Assembly (NCBI GenBank): GCA_002495885.1
Contig: DAHG01000025.1
Location: 19,022 to 83,021, forward strand
Reading direction: 5' to 3'
Length of the DNA: 64,000 nt
Origin: Methanocellaceae archaeon UBA148
GTDB taxonomy: Archaea > Halobacteriota > UBA148
The notes under the pieces were generated by a model. That model was given only the letters and a program-made list of their open reading frames with translations, was not told the DNA's origin and did no database searches. Numbering within the stretch: the stretch's first letter is position 1; each line of letters opens with the position of its first letter. Below, piece by piece: positions 1-10,890 of the stretch. Made by a program: the position numbers and the translations under genes.

Positions 1-31
1 TGCCTATAGTCTCATCAACCAAGTTGGATTC

Positions 32-1126
32 ATGGTAGTAGGCATAGGTATAGGCACAGAGCTATCTCTGAATGGTGCCGTTTCTCACGCTTTCTGCAAT
101 ATTCTTTTTGAGGGACTGCTTTTCATGTGTACGGGGGCTGTGCTTTATGTGACGGGAACAAGCAAGTGCACAGAGCTTGGCGGACTATACAGGACTATGC
201 CCATAACCCTTATGTTATGTCTTGTAGGCGCTGCCTCAATCTCTGCGTTCCCACTCTTTACAGGTTTTGTAAGCAAGTCAATGGTTATCCAGGCAGCCGC
301 TGATGGACATATGTTCATCATATGGTTAGCTTTATTATTTGCCTCGGCTGGTGTCTTCCACCATGCTGGCATCAAAATCCCCTATTTCATATTTTTTGCC
401 GAGGACTCTGGTAAAAGACCAGATGAGCCACCACTTAATATGCTCCTTTCTATGGGAATTGTTGCCTTTTTATGCATTCTCATTGGCATATTTCCTGGTG
501 TACTTTACCAGATTCTTCCATATCCTGTTGATTTTGTTCCCTACACACCTGGTCATGTTGTGAGTCAACTCCAGCTACTGTTCTTCGCTGGTTTGGCATT
601 TCTGTTCCTCATAACATATGGTTTCTACCCTAAGGAAGAAAGGTCTACTAACCTAGATATAGACTGGTTCTATAGGAAAGCTGGAAGGGGTTTCATGTGG
701 TTCTGCAATCATCCTGCTGCGAAATTTAACATGTGGATAGATCAGGCTTTCTTAGGGGGGACAAGGGGGTTCATATGGTTCTGCAGAAATCCAATCCCAA
801 CGCTTGGTCTGTGGATGGACACGGCATTCGTAATGTTTTACAATGGCTTTATCTGGTTCTCTGAGAATCCAGTTTCAATACTTGTTAGTGGGTTTTATGG
901 TGGGCTTCATCTAGCTTTTGCAATGGTTTCAAAGGGCTTACTCAGGATCTACATTGAAATTGGAAAGGCAAGAGATGGGGCTGAGAAAAAAAGAGCATTC
1001 TATAGAGAACTAATTGAGAGCGGACCACCTGGTGGAGATGTCGAAAACATCAGCTCTGACTTATTCATAGCATTTATAATATTTGCAGTATTTCTTGTAT
1101 ATATGGCTATAAAATATTTCCTATGA
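32..1126 (+). CDS. NuoL/M/N-MrpD family antiporter-like membrane subunit, 5' truncated by the window edge, with an unusual C-terminal tail
   Basis: Polytopic hydrophobic protein with a 'PLFTGFVSKSMVIQAA' core typical of proton-pumping antiporter-like subunits. The window starts inside the gene. Confidence 0.5.
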   Translation: MVVGIGIGTELSLNGAVSHAFCNILFEGLLFMCTGAVLYVTGTSKCTELGGLYRTMPITLMLCLVGAASISAFPLFTGFVSKSMVIQAAADGHMFIIWLALLFASAGVFHHAGIKIPYFIFFAEDSGKRPDEPPLNMLLSMGIVAFLCILIGIFPGVLYQILPYPVDFVPYTPGHVVSQLQLLFFAGLAFLFLITYGFYPKEERSTNLDIDWFYRKAGRGFMWFCNHPAAKFNMWIDQAFLGGTRGFIWFCRNPIPTLGLWMDTAFVMFYNGFIWFSENPVSILVSGFYGGLHLAFAMVSKGLLRIYIEIGKARDGAEKKRAFYRELIESGPPGGDVENISSDLFIAFIIFAVFLVYMAIKYFL

Positions 1127-1489
1127 TTCGATGTGTGTATACAGCATAACAACGGCACCCACTAGGTCACCTATCTGTATCTTGCCGTCTGCAAATGCAG
1201 TAAATATTGCATCAGTTGCATGTCTTTTGAGTTCTACTGGCTTGGCAAACTTCTCTCCTACGCCGACGACTTTTCCAAATGGGTTTTGTATGTACGAACA
1301 AGGAACAGCCAGCCACTCAGGAGGAATCGTGAAGGGCTTTATCTTGATGTAATGCACATCGCCCCTCTTGACCTCCACATTTTCATCTGCGAAAACATAT
1401 TTAACCTTTCCGACCATGTCCGATAGCTTGAAATCGAAGCCACTTTCTGGTCTTGTACCCTTCAGTACGTCCAACATATCTTTATTCAT
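1121..1489 (-). CDS. Hypothetical 122-aa protein, translationally coupled downstream of atpD (possible ahaG-like position)
   Basis: The ORF starts 3 nt after the atpD stop on the same strand. No motif recognised. Confidence 0.4.
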   Translation of the reverse strand: MNKDMLDVLKGTRPESGFDFKLSDMVGKVKYVFADENVEVKRGDVHYIKIKPFTIPPEWLAVPCSYIQNPFGKVVGVGEKFAKPVELKRHATDAIFTAFADGKIQIGDLVGAVVMLYTHIES

Positions 1490-1492
1490 CTA

Positions 1493-2110
1493 TCATGCCT
1501 CTATAATTTCTTTTATCCTCATCAGGTTACAGAAGTTCGACCTTTCCATCTCATCCAGTTTCATGCTGATATATCTTGCAGCATCCTCCAGCTGCGGTAT
1601 GAGCACGTGTTCCAGTGCATTTACCCTTCTTCTGGTTTTACCTATCTCGAGCGCCAACAGCTCGACCGATTTCTGTATCCCTGCAAGCCGAATCATATCC
1701 ACCAATGCCTCGTCAAAGAGTTCCAGTGAATGATCCAGCTCGCTTGTGGTGCTGACCAAGCTGTATTCAACACTCCTTTCTTTTTCAATCTGCATCTCTA
1801 TCTCAGGCACGTTCACGCCCATGATGTTCTGATAAGAGATGGCAAGTAGGGACTCTTTTTTTGGGTAAAAGATTGCCCCCTCGATCTCCTCAACGCTCAT
1901 CGTCGCCCTCGTCAGCAGGAAGCTCCCATATGCCATGTGGAGCTTACTCTCAACACGTTTTCTTATCTCCATATTTTCGTTTACAATGCTCAAAAACTGC
2001 TTCATGAGTCCATCTCGTTTGTCTTTTAGCAGTTTGTGACCTCTCTTCGCTATTTTTATCCTCTTTTTTATGTTGAGGAGTTCCATCCTTGTTGCCTTGG
2101 CGCTGATCAT
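1493..2110 (-). CDS. atpD: A-type (A1AO) ATP synthase subunit D
   Basis: N-terminus 'MISAKATRMELLNIKKRIKIAKRGHKLLKDKRD' is the canonical V/A-ATPase subunit D signature. Confidence 0.9.
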   Translation of the reverse strand: MISAKATRMELLNIKKRIKIAKRGHKLLKDKRDGLMKQFLSIVNENMEIRKRVESKLHMAYGSFLLTRATMSVEEIEGAIFYPKKESLLAISYQNIMGVNVPEIEMQIEKERSVEYSLVSTTSELDHSLELFDEALVDMIRLAGIQKSVELLALEIGKTRRRVNALEHVLIPQLEDAARYISMKLDEMERSNFCNLMRIKEIIEA

Positions 2111-2155
2111 CCTTCAACCTTTCACATTCTCAATTAAACAAATGTTCATTATTAA

Positions 2156-3547
2156 TCATTTACTATAAGCTTTTCGCATGTATTTTTCGATATGCTCTGG
2201 TCTAACTCTCTTCAGCTCAGCCTCAGGAAGGGCAGACATCAATTCCCAACCAATGTCCAAGGTTTTTCCTATGCTTCTGTCTTCATTTTTCCCTTGGGAT
2301 ACGAACTTTCGTTCAAAAGTCTCTGCAAAATCAAGGAAATTCTTATCGACATCTGTCAATGCCGCTTCTCCTAAGATTATCGCCAGTTCTCTGACCTCTT
2401 TTCCTCTGGCATAGGCTGCATAGAGCTGGTTCAGGACGCCAGCGTGATCGTCTCTTGTCTTGCCCTCTCCGATTCCTTTGTCTTTGAGCCTTGATAAAGA
2501 AGGCAAAACATCGATTGGAGGATAGATTCCCTTTCGATGTAGCTCTCTGCTCAAAAATATTTGACCTTCGGTGATATAACCAGTCAAATCTGGGATAGGG
2601 TGCGTTATATCATCTTCAGGCATGCTCAATATCGGAATTTGCGTTATTGAGCCTTTTTTACCTTTAATTCTCCCAGCTCGCTCATATATTGTTGCCAGGT
2701 CTGTATACATGTAGCCCGGGTACCCTCTCCGACCTGGAATCTCTTTTCTTGCTGCTGATATTTCTCTAAGTGCTTCGCAGTAATTTGTCATATCAGTCAT
2801 GATGACAAGTATGTGCATATCGTGTTCAAATGCCAAATATTCGGCAGCAGTCAGTGCAATTCTGGGAGTTGCAATCCGCTCTATTACCGGGTCATCAGCC
2901 AGGTTCATGAACAAAACCGCTTTCTCTATTGCACCAGTGCGGCGAAAATCTGATATAAAATAATTTGCCTCCTCAAAAGTAATGCCCATCGCAGCGAATA
3001 TGACTGCAAACTCCCCCTCCTCTCGAATTAGCTTTGCTTGCCTAGCAATTTGAGCTCCTATGTCTGCATGGGGCAATCCTGCTCCGGAAAATAGAGGTAG
3101 TTTTTGCCCCCTGATTAAGGGATTCATGCCATCTATTGCAGATATCCCGGTCTGGATAAAATCGAGTGGATAGTTCCTTGAGTAGGGATTGATCGGATTT
3201 CCGCCAATGTCGATTCTATCTTCTGGCACTATTTTCGGTCCACCATCGATCGGATCTCCGAAACCATCGAAGATCCTTCCAGTGATATCCAATGATACTG
3301 GTAACTCGATCCCCTTGCCGAGGAATCTAACCCTGCTGGTGGAAACATCTATTCCACTGGTGCCCTCAAAAACTTGCAACAATGCCTTGTCACTGGCTAT
3401 CTCAAGAACCTTTCCTCGCCTTATCTCCCCAGTAGGGGTTTCTATCTCCACCAGTTCATCATATTTCACACCTTCCACGCCCTCAACGAACATGAGTGGC
3501 CCTGTAATTTCGGAAATCGTCAGATAGTCTTTGAGCATTCTAATCAC
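2156..3547 (-). CDS. atpB: A-type ATP synthase subunit B
   Basis: 463 aa non-catalytic alpha/beta-family subunit, with '[21 protein letters not shown]' and the [19 protein letters not shown] motif. Confidence 0.95.
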   Translation of the reverse strand: MIRMLKDYLTISEITGPLMFVEGVEGVKYDELVEIETPTGEIRRGKVLEIASDKALLQVFEGTSGIDVSTSRVRFLGKGIELPVSLDITGRIFDGFGDPIDGGPKIVPEDRIDIGGNPINPYSRNYPLDFIQTGISAIDGMNPLIRGQKLPLFSGAGLPHADIGAQIARQAKLIREEGEFAVIFAAMGITFEEANYFISDFRRTGAIEKAVLFMNLADDPVIERIATPRIALTAAEYLAFEHDMHILVIMTDMTNYCEALREISAARKEIPGRRGYPGYMYTDLATIYERAGRIKGKKGSITQIPILSMPEDDITHPIPDLTGYITEGQIFLSRELHRKGIYPPIDVLPSLSRLKDKGIGEGKTRDDHAGVLNQLYAAYARGKEVRELAIILGEAALTDVDKNFLDFAETFERKFVSQGKNEDRSIGKTLDIGWELMSALPEAELKRVRPEHIEKYMRKAYSK

Positions 3548-5288
3548 CTAACTTTGTGAATTGAACCTTCATTCCATCCTCTATTTTACCAAAAGCGATC
3601 TTGAATTCATCCTCGGGTACAAATCTTGCTTTCACTATATCTCCTCTAATGGGCAGGGCTAGGATATTTTTTAGCTGGATGCCGTCATCAAGTGCCTTCA
3701 TTGCCAATCCATGGAAATTCAGGATGAGTTTTAAGAGCGCATATTGCTTCTTGGCAGAAGAATACGTATCTATTTCGTGGTATGCATTTTGATAGAGGAA
3801 ATCTTCCCTTATCGATTTTGTTGTCTCCAAAAGAAGTCTATCTTTGGAAGAGAGAGACTCCACTCCTACCAGGCGGACTATTTCCTCCAACTCCGATTCC
3901 TTTTGCAAGAGTTCCATGGCAGCATCCCTTCTGCTACGCCAATCATCTCCAACGTTGCTACGCCACCAATTTTCTACGTCATCTAGATAGAGCGAGTAGC
4001 TAAGAAGCCAGTGAATAGCAGGAAAATGTCTTTTATATGCTAAAGGGGCATCCAATGCCCAGAAAACCTTGGTTATCCTGAGCGTTGCTTGTGTTACGGG
4101 CTCGGAGAAATCCCCCCCAGGGGGAGATACAGCTCCTATGACGGTTAATGAACCCTCTCTCTTTTCTGATCCGAGGGTTATTACCCTGCCGGCTCTTTCA
4201 TAGAACATTGCTGTTCTGGACGATAAATATGCAGGATAACCCTCTTCTCCTGGCATTTCCTCCAATCTACCGGAGATCTCTCTTAGGGCTTCTGCCCATC
4301 TCGAGGTGGAGTCAGCCATCAAAGAGACGTTATATCCCATATCTCTATAATATTCTGCCAACGTTATTCCTGTGTAGACGCTTGCTTCCCTCGCCGCGAA
4401 TGGCATATTTGAGGTGTTGGCAACCAGAATGGTCCTATCCATCAGCGGAAGGCCTGAGCGAGGATCTTTGAGCTCTGGGAACTCTAACAAAACTTCTGCC
4501 ATCTCATTTCCCCTTTCACCGCATCCGATGAAAACGATGATGTCGGTGTCGCTCCACTTCGATAATTGGTGCTGAACGACGGTTTTTCCCGAGCCGAACG
4601 GACCAGGCACACATGCTGTGCCGCCTTTCGCGATGGGAAAGAACGTATCTAAAACCCTCTGACCAGTTATCATAGGTATTTCTGGGTGGAGCTTCTCTTT
4701 GGAAGGTCTAGGAATGCGAACTGGCCATCTCTGAAGCATCGTTACTTCCTTTGGACCGTCTTTCGTTTTGATCTTCGCAATGACATCTTCAACTTTTGCT
4801 GGTCCCTCGTAAATATCGATTATTTCCCCTTCTAAACCAACTGGGATCATTACTCTATGCTCCACTAGCTCCGTCTCCTTTACCACTCCCAAGATATCTC
4901 CTTGGGTTACTCGGGCTCCCCTGTTCAACTTAGGCTGAAAGTTCCATTCTTTTTTTCTATCAACCGCATCTGCCGAGATACCCCTTGTCATATAATCACC
5001 TGCAATACTACTTATGACGTTCAATGGGCGCTGAATGCCATCGTATATCGCGCCCATTAGTCCTGGTGCTAGCTCGACGCTCAGCGGTTGACCTGTGGGC
5101 AAAACAGGCTCCCCTGGCCCCATACCAGAAGTCTCCTCATATACCTGGATAGTTGCCTTATTTTTTCGAAGCTCTATTATCTCCCCTAACAACTCTTTCT
5201 CTCCAACCTTCACGACATCGTACATCCTTGCATTACTCAGCCCTTCTGCGATAACGACTGGACCTGAGACCTTTATTATCTTTCCCAT
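3540..5288 (-). CDS. atpA: A-type ATP synthase catalytic subunit A
   Basis: 582 aa with the Walker A motif 'GPFGSGKTV' and the A-subunit non-homologous insert. Confidence 0.95.
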   Translation of the reverse strand: MGKIIKVSGPVVIAEGLSNARMYDVVKVGEKELLGEIIELRKNKATIQVYEETSGMGPGEPVLPTGQPLSVELAPGLMGAIYDGIQRPLNVISSIAGDYMTRGISADAVDRKKEWNFQPKLNRGARVTQGDILGVVKETELVEHRVMIPVGLEGEIIDIYEGPAKVEDVIAKIKTKDGPKEVTMLQRWPVRIPRPSKEKLHPEIPMITGQRVLDTFFPIAKGGTACVPGPFGSGKTVVQHQLSKWSDTDIIVFIGCGERGNEMAEVLLEFPELKDPRSGLPLMDRTILVANTSNMPFAAREASVYTGITLAEYYRDMGYNVSLMADSTSRWAEALREISGRLEEMPGEEGYPAYLSSRTAMFYERAGRVITLGSEKREGSLTVIGAVSPPGGDFSEPVTQATLRITKVFWALDAPLAYKRHFPAIHWLLSYSLYLDDVENWWRSNVGDDWRSRRDAAMELLQKESELEEIVRLVGVESLSSKDRLLLETTKSIREDFLYQNAYHEIDTYSSAKKQYALLKLILNFHGLAMKALDDGIQLKNILALPIRGDIVKARFVPEDEFKIAFGKIEDGMKVQFTKLGD

Positions 5289-5612
5289 TTACTCACCTTT
5301 TTTAGACAATATATTAGTGCCGACCGCTTTTTCAACCGTTCTCCTAAGCTTTTCAATTCCAAATCCCGTAATCCCTTTCTTGTCTGGAATCTCAATGATG
5401 ATGGGCATTTCTACGCTTGAGATTTGCTCATCCAGATTTTTGGCAAAACCTTCTGAGATGAATATAATACCAAAATTCTCATCACATGCTTTACTCAGCA
5501 TGCTTGAAGCCTCCTCAACATCTTTGGCCCCATAGGTCACTACCCCCAACGCCTTGAAACATGAGATTTCCTCCTTATCGCCTATGATGCCTATTTTATA
5601 CATACCCCTCAC
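5289..5612 (-). CDS. atpF: A-type ATP synthase subunit F
   Basis: 107 aa with an 'MYKIGIIGDKEEISCFKALGV' start, in the conserved position between the C and A subunits. Confidence 0.85.
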   Translation of the reverse strand: MRGMYKIGIIGDKEEISCFKALGVVTYGAKDVEEASSMLSKACDENFGIIFISEGFAKNLDEQISSVEMPIIIEIPDKKGITGFGIEKLRRTVEKAVGTNILSKKGE

Positions 5613-6600
5613 GGACCATCTTTTTTATCTGTTCACTTGGAATTTCATTCAATTTTCCAATCAGTATTGTCCTGATCAGTTTTACCTCGTTTTCATTTGC
5701 GATGATATATCCGACCAGGGGCTCCAGACCAAATGTTATATATTTGGCTTTTTTCACATGTTCTGCTATAAAGTCGTCAAACAATTTTTCGAGCCAAAGC
5801 AAAGACCCATCTTTTTTATAGTGCTCAGCCCCGTCAGCTATGATCTCTTCATATTCTGATTTGCAGAGCTCGCTTGTCATGGTATCCAATGATCCATCAT
5901 ACATCTTAAGCAGAACATCTTTGGGTAAACCACCCCTTTCTAAAAGGGCATATTCCAAGAATTTTTTGCTCTTACCGAGCTTCTTCGACCTGATTAAGAT
6001 TTTTATATTAGCCAAATCAATATGCATCTGTAGCAGTTTTAGCAAAAATTCGCTCTTCGAAGCAAACTCAAACATCAGATTAAACATTTCGGCATCTAAA
6101 CCCGCATCAATTATCTGTGGATCTTTTGAAATGTTAAACTCACCCAGCACCCTTTCGACCGCTCTTGCATAGCTTTCTGGTAATTTCTTTGAAATCTCAG
6201 AAATGTCCCCTTTCATCAGCTCAGGAACTACATCTGCGATCGCTCCAAGATCGATCAGCGTTGCCCTCTGGTCACTCAATTTGGATTTGAGCAATACCTT
6301 TAGATTATGGAAATCGTACTTGAGCGTGAATAGATCTACAAGTTCTGGATCAGGATAGAAGCTCTTGATAACAGCATATTTCCTCTTTAGATATCTGTAT
6401 AAAGTCTCCTCAAACTCCTCAGCACTTTTGACCTCTGCAACCCTATCCCCATATTCTGTTTCGCTCAATATATGTAAAACGGCCTCTGCATCCTCAGCGT
6501 CGATCATCTTCTCTATCTTGTCTCTATCGAGGAGTTTCGTTTCTAGTGCCCTGACTCTTCCTACTGAGTATGCATATTTGTTGACCGCTTTAGATTCCAT
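5596..6600 (-). CDS. atpC: A-type ATP synthase subunit C
   Basis: 334 aa helical protein in the conserved operon position. Confidence 0.8.
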   Translation of the reverse strand: MESKAVNKYAYSVGRVRALETKLLDRDKIEKMIDAEDAEAVLHILSETEYGDRVAEVKSAEEFEETLYRYLKRKYAVIKSFYPDPELVDLFTLKYDFHNLKVLLKSKLSDQRATLIDLGAIADVVPELMKGDISEISKKLPESYARAVERVLGEFNISKDPQIIDAGLDAEMFNLMFEFASKSEFLLKLLQMHIDLANIKILIRSKKLGKSKKFLEYALLERGGLPKDVLLKMYDGSLDTMTSELCKSEYEEIIADGAEHYKKDGSLLWLEKLFDDFIAEHVKKAKYITFGLEPLVGYIIANENEVKLIRTILIGKLNEIPSEQIKKMVREGYV

Positions 6601-6606
6601 ACATTT

Positions 6607-7206
6607 TCACCGAAATAATATTCTCGCTATTTCTGACTCCATCACATCTCTTTGCGTTTTTATGAGAGCCTCAAAGGAGTTGTTGAACTCAATCCTCCCT
6701 TTTCTGAGCACAAAACCGCCAGACATATTCCTGGTATCGTTGGATAACGTTAATTTCACTTTTTTACCTTTCAGGGCTAATTCTTTTTCAACATCTTTGA
6801 GAAACTTATTGTTCACCCTTTTTTTATCATTTGGGGAAAGAATTACTTCAACATCCCCCTCTGGTATGTCCACTGAGAGAAACATCTCTTTTACAATCGC
6901 CAGGTATTCCCCATCATCTAGTCCACTTAGCCTATTCCCCGCCTCAACAAATGCCTCCTCCGTCATGTCGTGCCTTGCCACTAGTAGGCACTTTCTCGCC
7001 TCCAGCCTAGCTAATGCAAGGATTCTTTTCTTTTTCACTTCCGCTTCTGATTTGGCTTTTTCTTTGGACTCCTTTCTGATTTGCTTAGCTTTATCCTCAG
7101 CCTCATCAACGATTGGTTTGGCTTTTTTTTCAGCCTCTTCTACTATTTTTTTGGCTCTCTCATTCGCATCAGCGAGGATCTTCTGTTTTATCTCTTCGAT
7201 GCCCAC
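6607..7206 (-). CDS. atpE: A-type ATP synthase subunit E
   Basis: 199 aa with a charged coiled-coil N-terminus, 'EEIKQKILADANERAKKIVEEA'. Confidence 0.85.
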   Translation of the reverse strand: MGIEEIKQKILADANERAKKIVEEAEKKAKPIVDEAEDKAKQIRKESKEKAKSEAEVKKKRILALARLEARKCLLVARHDMTEEAFVEAGNRLSGLDDGEYLAIVKEMFLSVDIPEGDVEVILSPNDKKRVNNKFLKDVEKELALKGKKVKLTLSNDTRNMSGGFVLRKGRIEFNNSFEALIKTQRDVMESEIARILFR

Positions 7207-7209
7207 AAC

Positions 7210-7689
<480 letters not shown>

Positions 7690-9639
7690 TTATACCTCCT
7701 CTATTTCGACATATCTCGTACTAATTCTAAAGGGTGAAAACCTTTTTCCACCGCCTTTATAAAACTTGCTGAAAAACTCCACGTAGTTCAGCCTACACGT
7801 ATGAATAAATGCGCCTAGTGTGCTTACGAGCAAATTAAAAGCATGACCGACTATAAGCACCATCGCTGCAATAAGGACGCCGATAAAGGGTATACCCCTT
7901 GTCATTAATGCCATGCTGTTGAAGACCATGGCGATCACCCCTGTAGCTAATCCAAGTGCCATGAGCCTTGAGTATGACAGCACATCGCCAAGATACCCAA
8001 CCATCCCATAGAGGCTTGCAAGACCGAAAACTATTTTTTTCACCACCCCTTTTTGAGACCTGCCCTGCGTTAGAACGAGGGTTATTACACCTAATCCAGC
8101 CACTCCATAGGGTATTTTGCCGATGGATACGACATTCATCTCTGCTACAATTATGAGCACCACTCCACCTAAGAGAATGACCCATGTGAGTTGGTCAAAG
8201 ACCGCATCTTTGATGTCCCCCCTTCGTATGCTATTATACATCTTCGCCCCTATGCCGACGAAGATATGGGTTATCCCCAGAATTAGAGCGAATATCAGCA
8301 TCGTCATCGGATCGTCTATAGGGTTTACCCATAGTACTGGCATTTTCAATAGATCTCCAAACCAACTTCCACCCAATACTCCGAAGAAGACGCTAGAAAC
8401 CCCGCAGATTGCCAACAACCTCAGAAATTTTTTACCTGTGGGTCCCATGACATATTTTTTCATCATTAGTACTGATATTATTGAGAGCATAATTCCGTAG
8501 CCCACATCAGACAGGCATACACCAAAGAATACGATGAAAAAAGCTGTCACGATTGGTGTGGGATCTATCTCGCTGTATTTTGGCAGACTATACATCTCTA
8601 CGACGGCCTCAAATGGATATGCTAGGGTTGTATTTTCTAGAGCGATTGGGGGGTTTTCACCCTCTTCCGGATCTCTCGTAAATATCTCTACGGTATTTGA
8701 TACGCTTTTCAGCAGGTCTCTTAAGGCATCTACGTTTTTATCCTTGATCCATCCCTCTATCAAGAATGATGTCTCAGTTTTTGCAAAGTTCTTTATTACC
8801 TCTTCTCGCTCTCTATCGATGTAGATGTGGTCATACATTGCCAAAAGACCGGGCCTATGCTTGAGTAGGTCTGAGATCTCAGCTTGGATGTCTCCGTTTT
8901 CTTTCTCGATATTTGATAGCTCTTCATTTATTCTTGCTTGGACCTCTGAAGGCGTTCCAGTTAGTTCTGGAAATGTCACCCTGGCAAAATCATATTTTCT
9001 CATTGCTTGAGTGACCTCATCCTCTTTGTCCTTCATATAAATTGCAAGGATGCAGTGCTCCTCTTCATTTTCAGACACAGCTTTGAGGTATGTTTCAGGT
9101 GCCAATTCTGTGACGTCCTTCTTCATTTCATCAAAAGCATTTACGATTCCAAGCACTATGTTTGTCTTTTCAGTTCCCGTTATCTCTTCCAAGGGAATGT
9201 CTAAGCCAGTCCAACCTGAAAGTCGGTCTAAGGTGCTCAAAAGCTTATTTTTCTCATTTTTCAGCTCATTTAGCCTGCTTTCTAAGTTATTACACCGATC
9301 GCATATTTTTTTATAGTCAGAAAAATCGCTGGCTCTCTCAAATTCTGTCCTTTTCATGGGCGTCTTTGAGCTGAAAAAACCATCGATGAAGCCCTTATCG
9401 GTTTCTTCAAAATTGGAAAGGAAATCTATTGCATGGTTCAGCTCCGAGAGTTTTTGATCCAACTCTCGAAGTTCAGGTTCCCCCACCTCTTTTAACAGTA
9501 CTCTCCAGTCAGTAGTAGCCAGTCTTTCACGTAGGTCAGTGACCTCTATGAGTCCAACTTTTTGTAGCTCGCTGACGATCTTTTCTTTCTGGGATTCATG
9601 CGAAATGATGTAGACCCTTTTGATATCTGCTACTGGCAT
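7690..9639 (-). CDS. atpI: A-type ATP synthase subunit I (a-subunit, stator)
   Basis: 649 aa with a soluble N-terminal half and a C-terminal polytopic membrane domain. Confidence 0.9.
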   Translation of the reverse strand: MPVADIKRVYIISHESQKEKIVSELQKVGLIEVTDLRERLATTDWRVLLKEVGEPELRELDQKLSELNHAIDFLSNFEETDKGFIDGFFSSKTPMKRTEFERASDFSDYKKICDRCNNLESRLNELKNEKNKLLSTLDRLSGWTGLDIPLEEITGTEKTNIVLGIVNAFDEMKKDVTELAPETYLKAVSENEEEHCILAIYMKDKEDEVTQAMRKYDFARVTFPELTGTPSEVQARINEELSNIEKENGDIQAEISDLLKHRPGLLAMYDHIYIDREREEVIKNFAKTETSFLIEGWIKDKNVDALRDLLKSVSNTVEIFTRDPEEGENPPIALENTTLAYPFEAVVEMYSLPKYSEIDPTPIVTAFFIVFFGVCLSDVGYGIMLSIISVLMMKKYVMGPTGKKFLRLLAICGVSSVFFGVLGGSWFGDLLKMPVLWVNPIDDPMTMLIFALILGITHIFVGIGAKMYNSIRRGDIKDAVFDQLTWVILLGGVVLIIVAEMNVVSIGKIPYGVAGLGVITLVLTQGRSQKGVVKKIVFGLASLYGMVGYLGDVLSYSRLMALGLATGVIAMVFNSMALMTRGIPFIGVLIAAMVLIVGHAFNLLVSTLGAFIHTCRLNYVEFFSKFYKGGGKRFSPFRISTRYVEIEEV

Positions 9640-9962
9640 TAGGTTACCGTCCTACTGACGATTAGATTGACCGCTTTATCCATGTTTTCTTGGGCAACCT
9701 GCTTTATGGCTTTGATATCCTTTTCATTATCCTTGTTCATGGCAAGGGATTCCTCTCTTGCCTCCTCTTCTGCCTTATTAATTATGGAAATGTACTCTTT
9801 CCTGGCATCGCCTTCAGCTTTTTCAAGAATTTTACTGGCTTTGAGTCTGGCATTTGACAAGATGCTCTCTGCTTCAAGTTGAGCCTGTTTTATAACTTCA
9901 TCCGCCTTTTGCTCAGATGCCCTTATTTCTTGTATTATCTTGATGGTCATGTCCAGTCTCAT
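9639..9962 (-). CDS. atpH: A-type ATP synthase subunit H
   Basis: 107 aa K/E-rich coiled-coil protein at the head of the aha operon (H-I-K-E-C-F-A-B-D order). Confidence 0.7.
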   Translation of the reverse strand: MRLDMTIKIIQEIRASEQKADEVIKQAQLEAESILSNARLKASKILEKAEGDARKEYISIINKAEEEAREESLAMNKDNEKDIKAIKQVAQENMDKAVNLIVSRTVT

Positions 9963-10024
9963 TAAATAAAACGGTTTATGACTTAAAACTTTTTATCACC
10001 TCTTGAAATTTGACCATATCACTC

Positions 10025-10062
10025 ACTCACAATCACAAAAAGAACTCACAATCACAAAAAGA
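10025..10062. promoter_or_regulatory. Perfect 19-nt tandem direct repeat (ACTCACAATCACAAAAAGA x2) in the divergent promoter region between the aha operon and the CBS-ParB gene
   Basis: Read directly from the sequence: copy 1 at 10025-10043 and copy 2 at 10044-10062, identical. Confidence 0.6.
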
Positions 10063-10106
10063 CATAAAGAATAAGTGGTCATATGTCTCAATAGAAGACG
10101 ATTCCA

Positions 10107-10847
10107 ATGGCAGACAAACTTAAGGTAGAGGACTATATGACCCAGGACGTCATTACGGTATCTCCAGAAGACACTATTGCAGAAGTCATAGAACTCATTC
10201 ATAAAACAGACCATGACGGCTTCCCGGTAGTCAAAAACGGAAAAGTAGAGGGGTATATAGCTTCGATGGACCTTCTATCTTCGTGTCAGGCAGATCAAGT
10301 ATCAAAGGTCATGTCAAAAGATCTCGTGGTAGCACATCCGGACATGTACCTAACAGATGCAGCAAGAGTGATGTTCAGAAACGGAGTTTCAAAGTTGATG
10401 GTGGTCAACGATGATGGGTACTTGGAAGGCATTCTTTCTAATGCGGATGTCATACGTTCCCAGATAGAGAGGGCTGATCCCCAAAAAGTGTGGAAGCTCA
10501 AAAAGACATTAGAAATCATTCACGACATAAAGGTAAGCGTGAAACGCGATAAGGTTCTCATCGATCAACTTGTTCCAACGCAGCCAAAAATACATTTGGA
10601 TGAACTGGAGGGTAGAATCTACGAACTAAAAAGAGGTCTGACAGAACCCATAGTAGTTATCAAAAAACCAAATAAAATGCTGCTTGTGGATGGGCACCAT
10701 CGGGTCATCGCGGCAAAAAGACTTGGTATAGAAGCGATGGATGCATACATAATCGTAATGGAAAAGAATGTGCCACTTGGAATGGAAAGAACAGCCAAAG
10801 ATGCTGGCCTCTTTTCTTTGGATGATGTCAAAATATTGAATTATTGA
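10107..10847 (+). CDS. Protein with a CBS-domain pair plus a ParB/Sulfiredoxin-like nuclease domain
   Basis: The N-terminal tandem CBS fold reads 'VITVSPEDTIAEV...GFPVV'. The C-terminal 'LLVDGHHRVIAAKRLG' is the ParB-like motif. Confidence 0.7.
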   Translation: MADKLKVEDYMTQDVITVSPEDTIAEVIELIHKTDHDGFPVVKNGKVEGYIASMDLLSSCQADQVSKVMSKDLVVAHPDMYLTDAARVMFRNGVSKLMVVNDDGYLEGILSNADVIRSQIERADPQKVWKLKKTLEIIHDIKVSVKRDKVLIDQLVPTQPKIHLDELEGRIYELKRGLTEPIVVIKKPNKMLLVDGHHRVIAAKRLGIEAMDAYIIVMEKNVPLGMERTAKDAGLFSLDDVKILNY

Positions 10848-10890
10848 TTGAATAGCCAAGGTTTTTATATCCTTTTTTCAATATCTTAGC

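Noticed and set aside
10023-10214. 63-aa minus-strand ORF in the aha / CBS-ParB intergenic region
   Set aside because: It spans the 19-nt tandem repeat and the start of the plus-strand CBS-ParB gene. It is a spurious shadow ORF.
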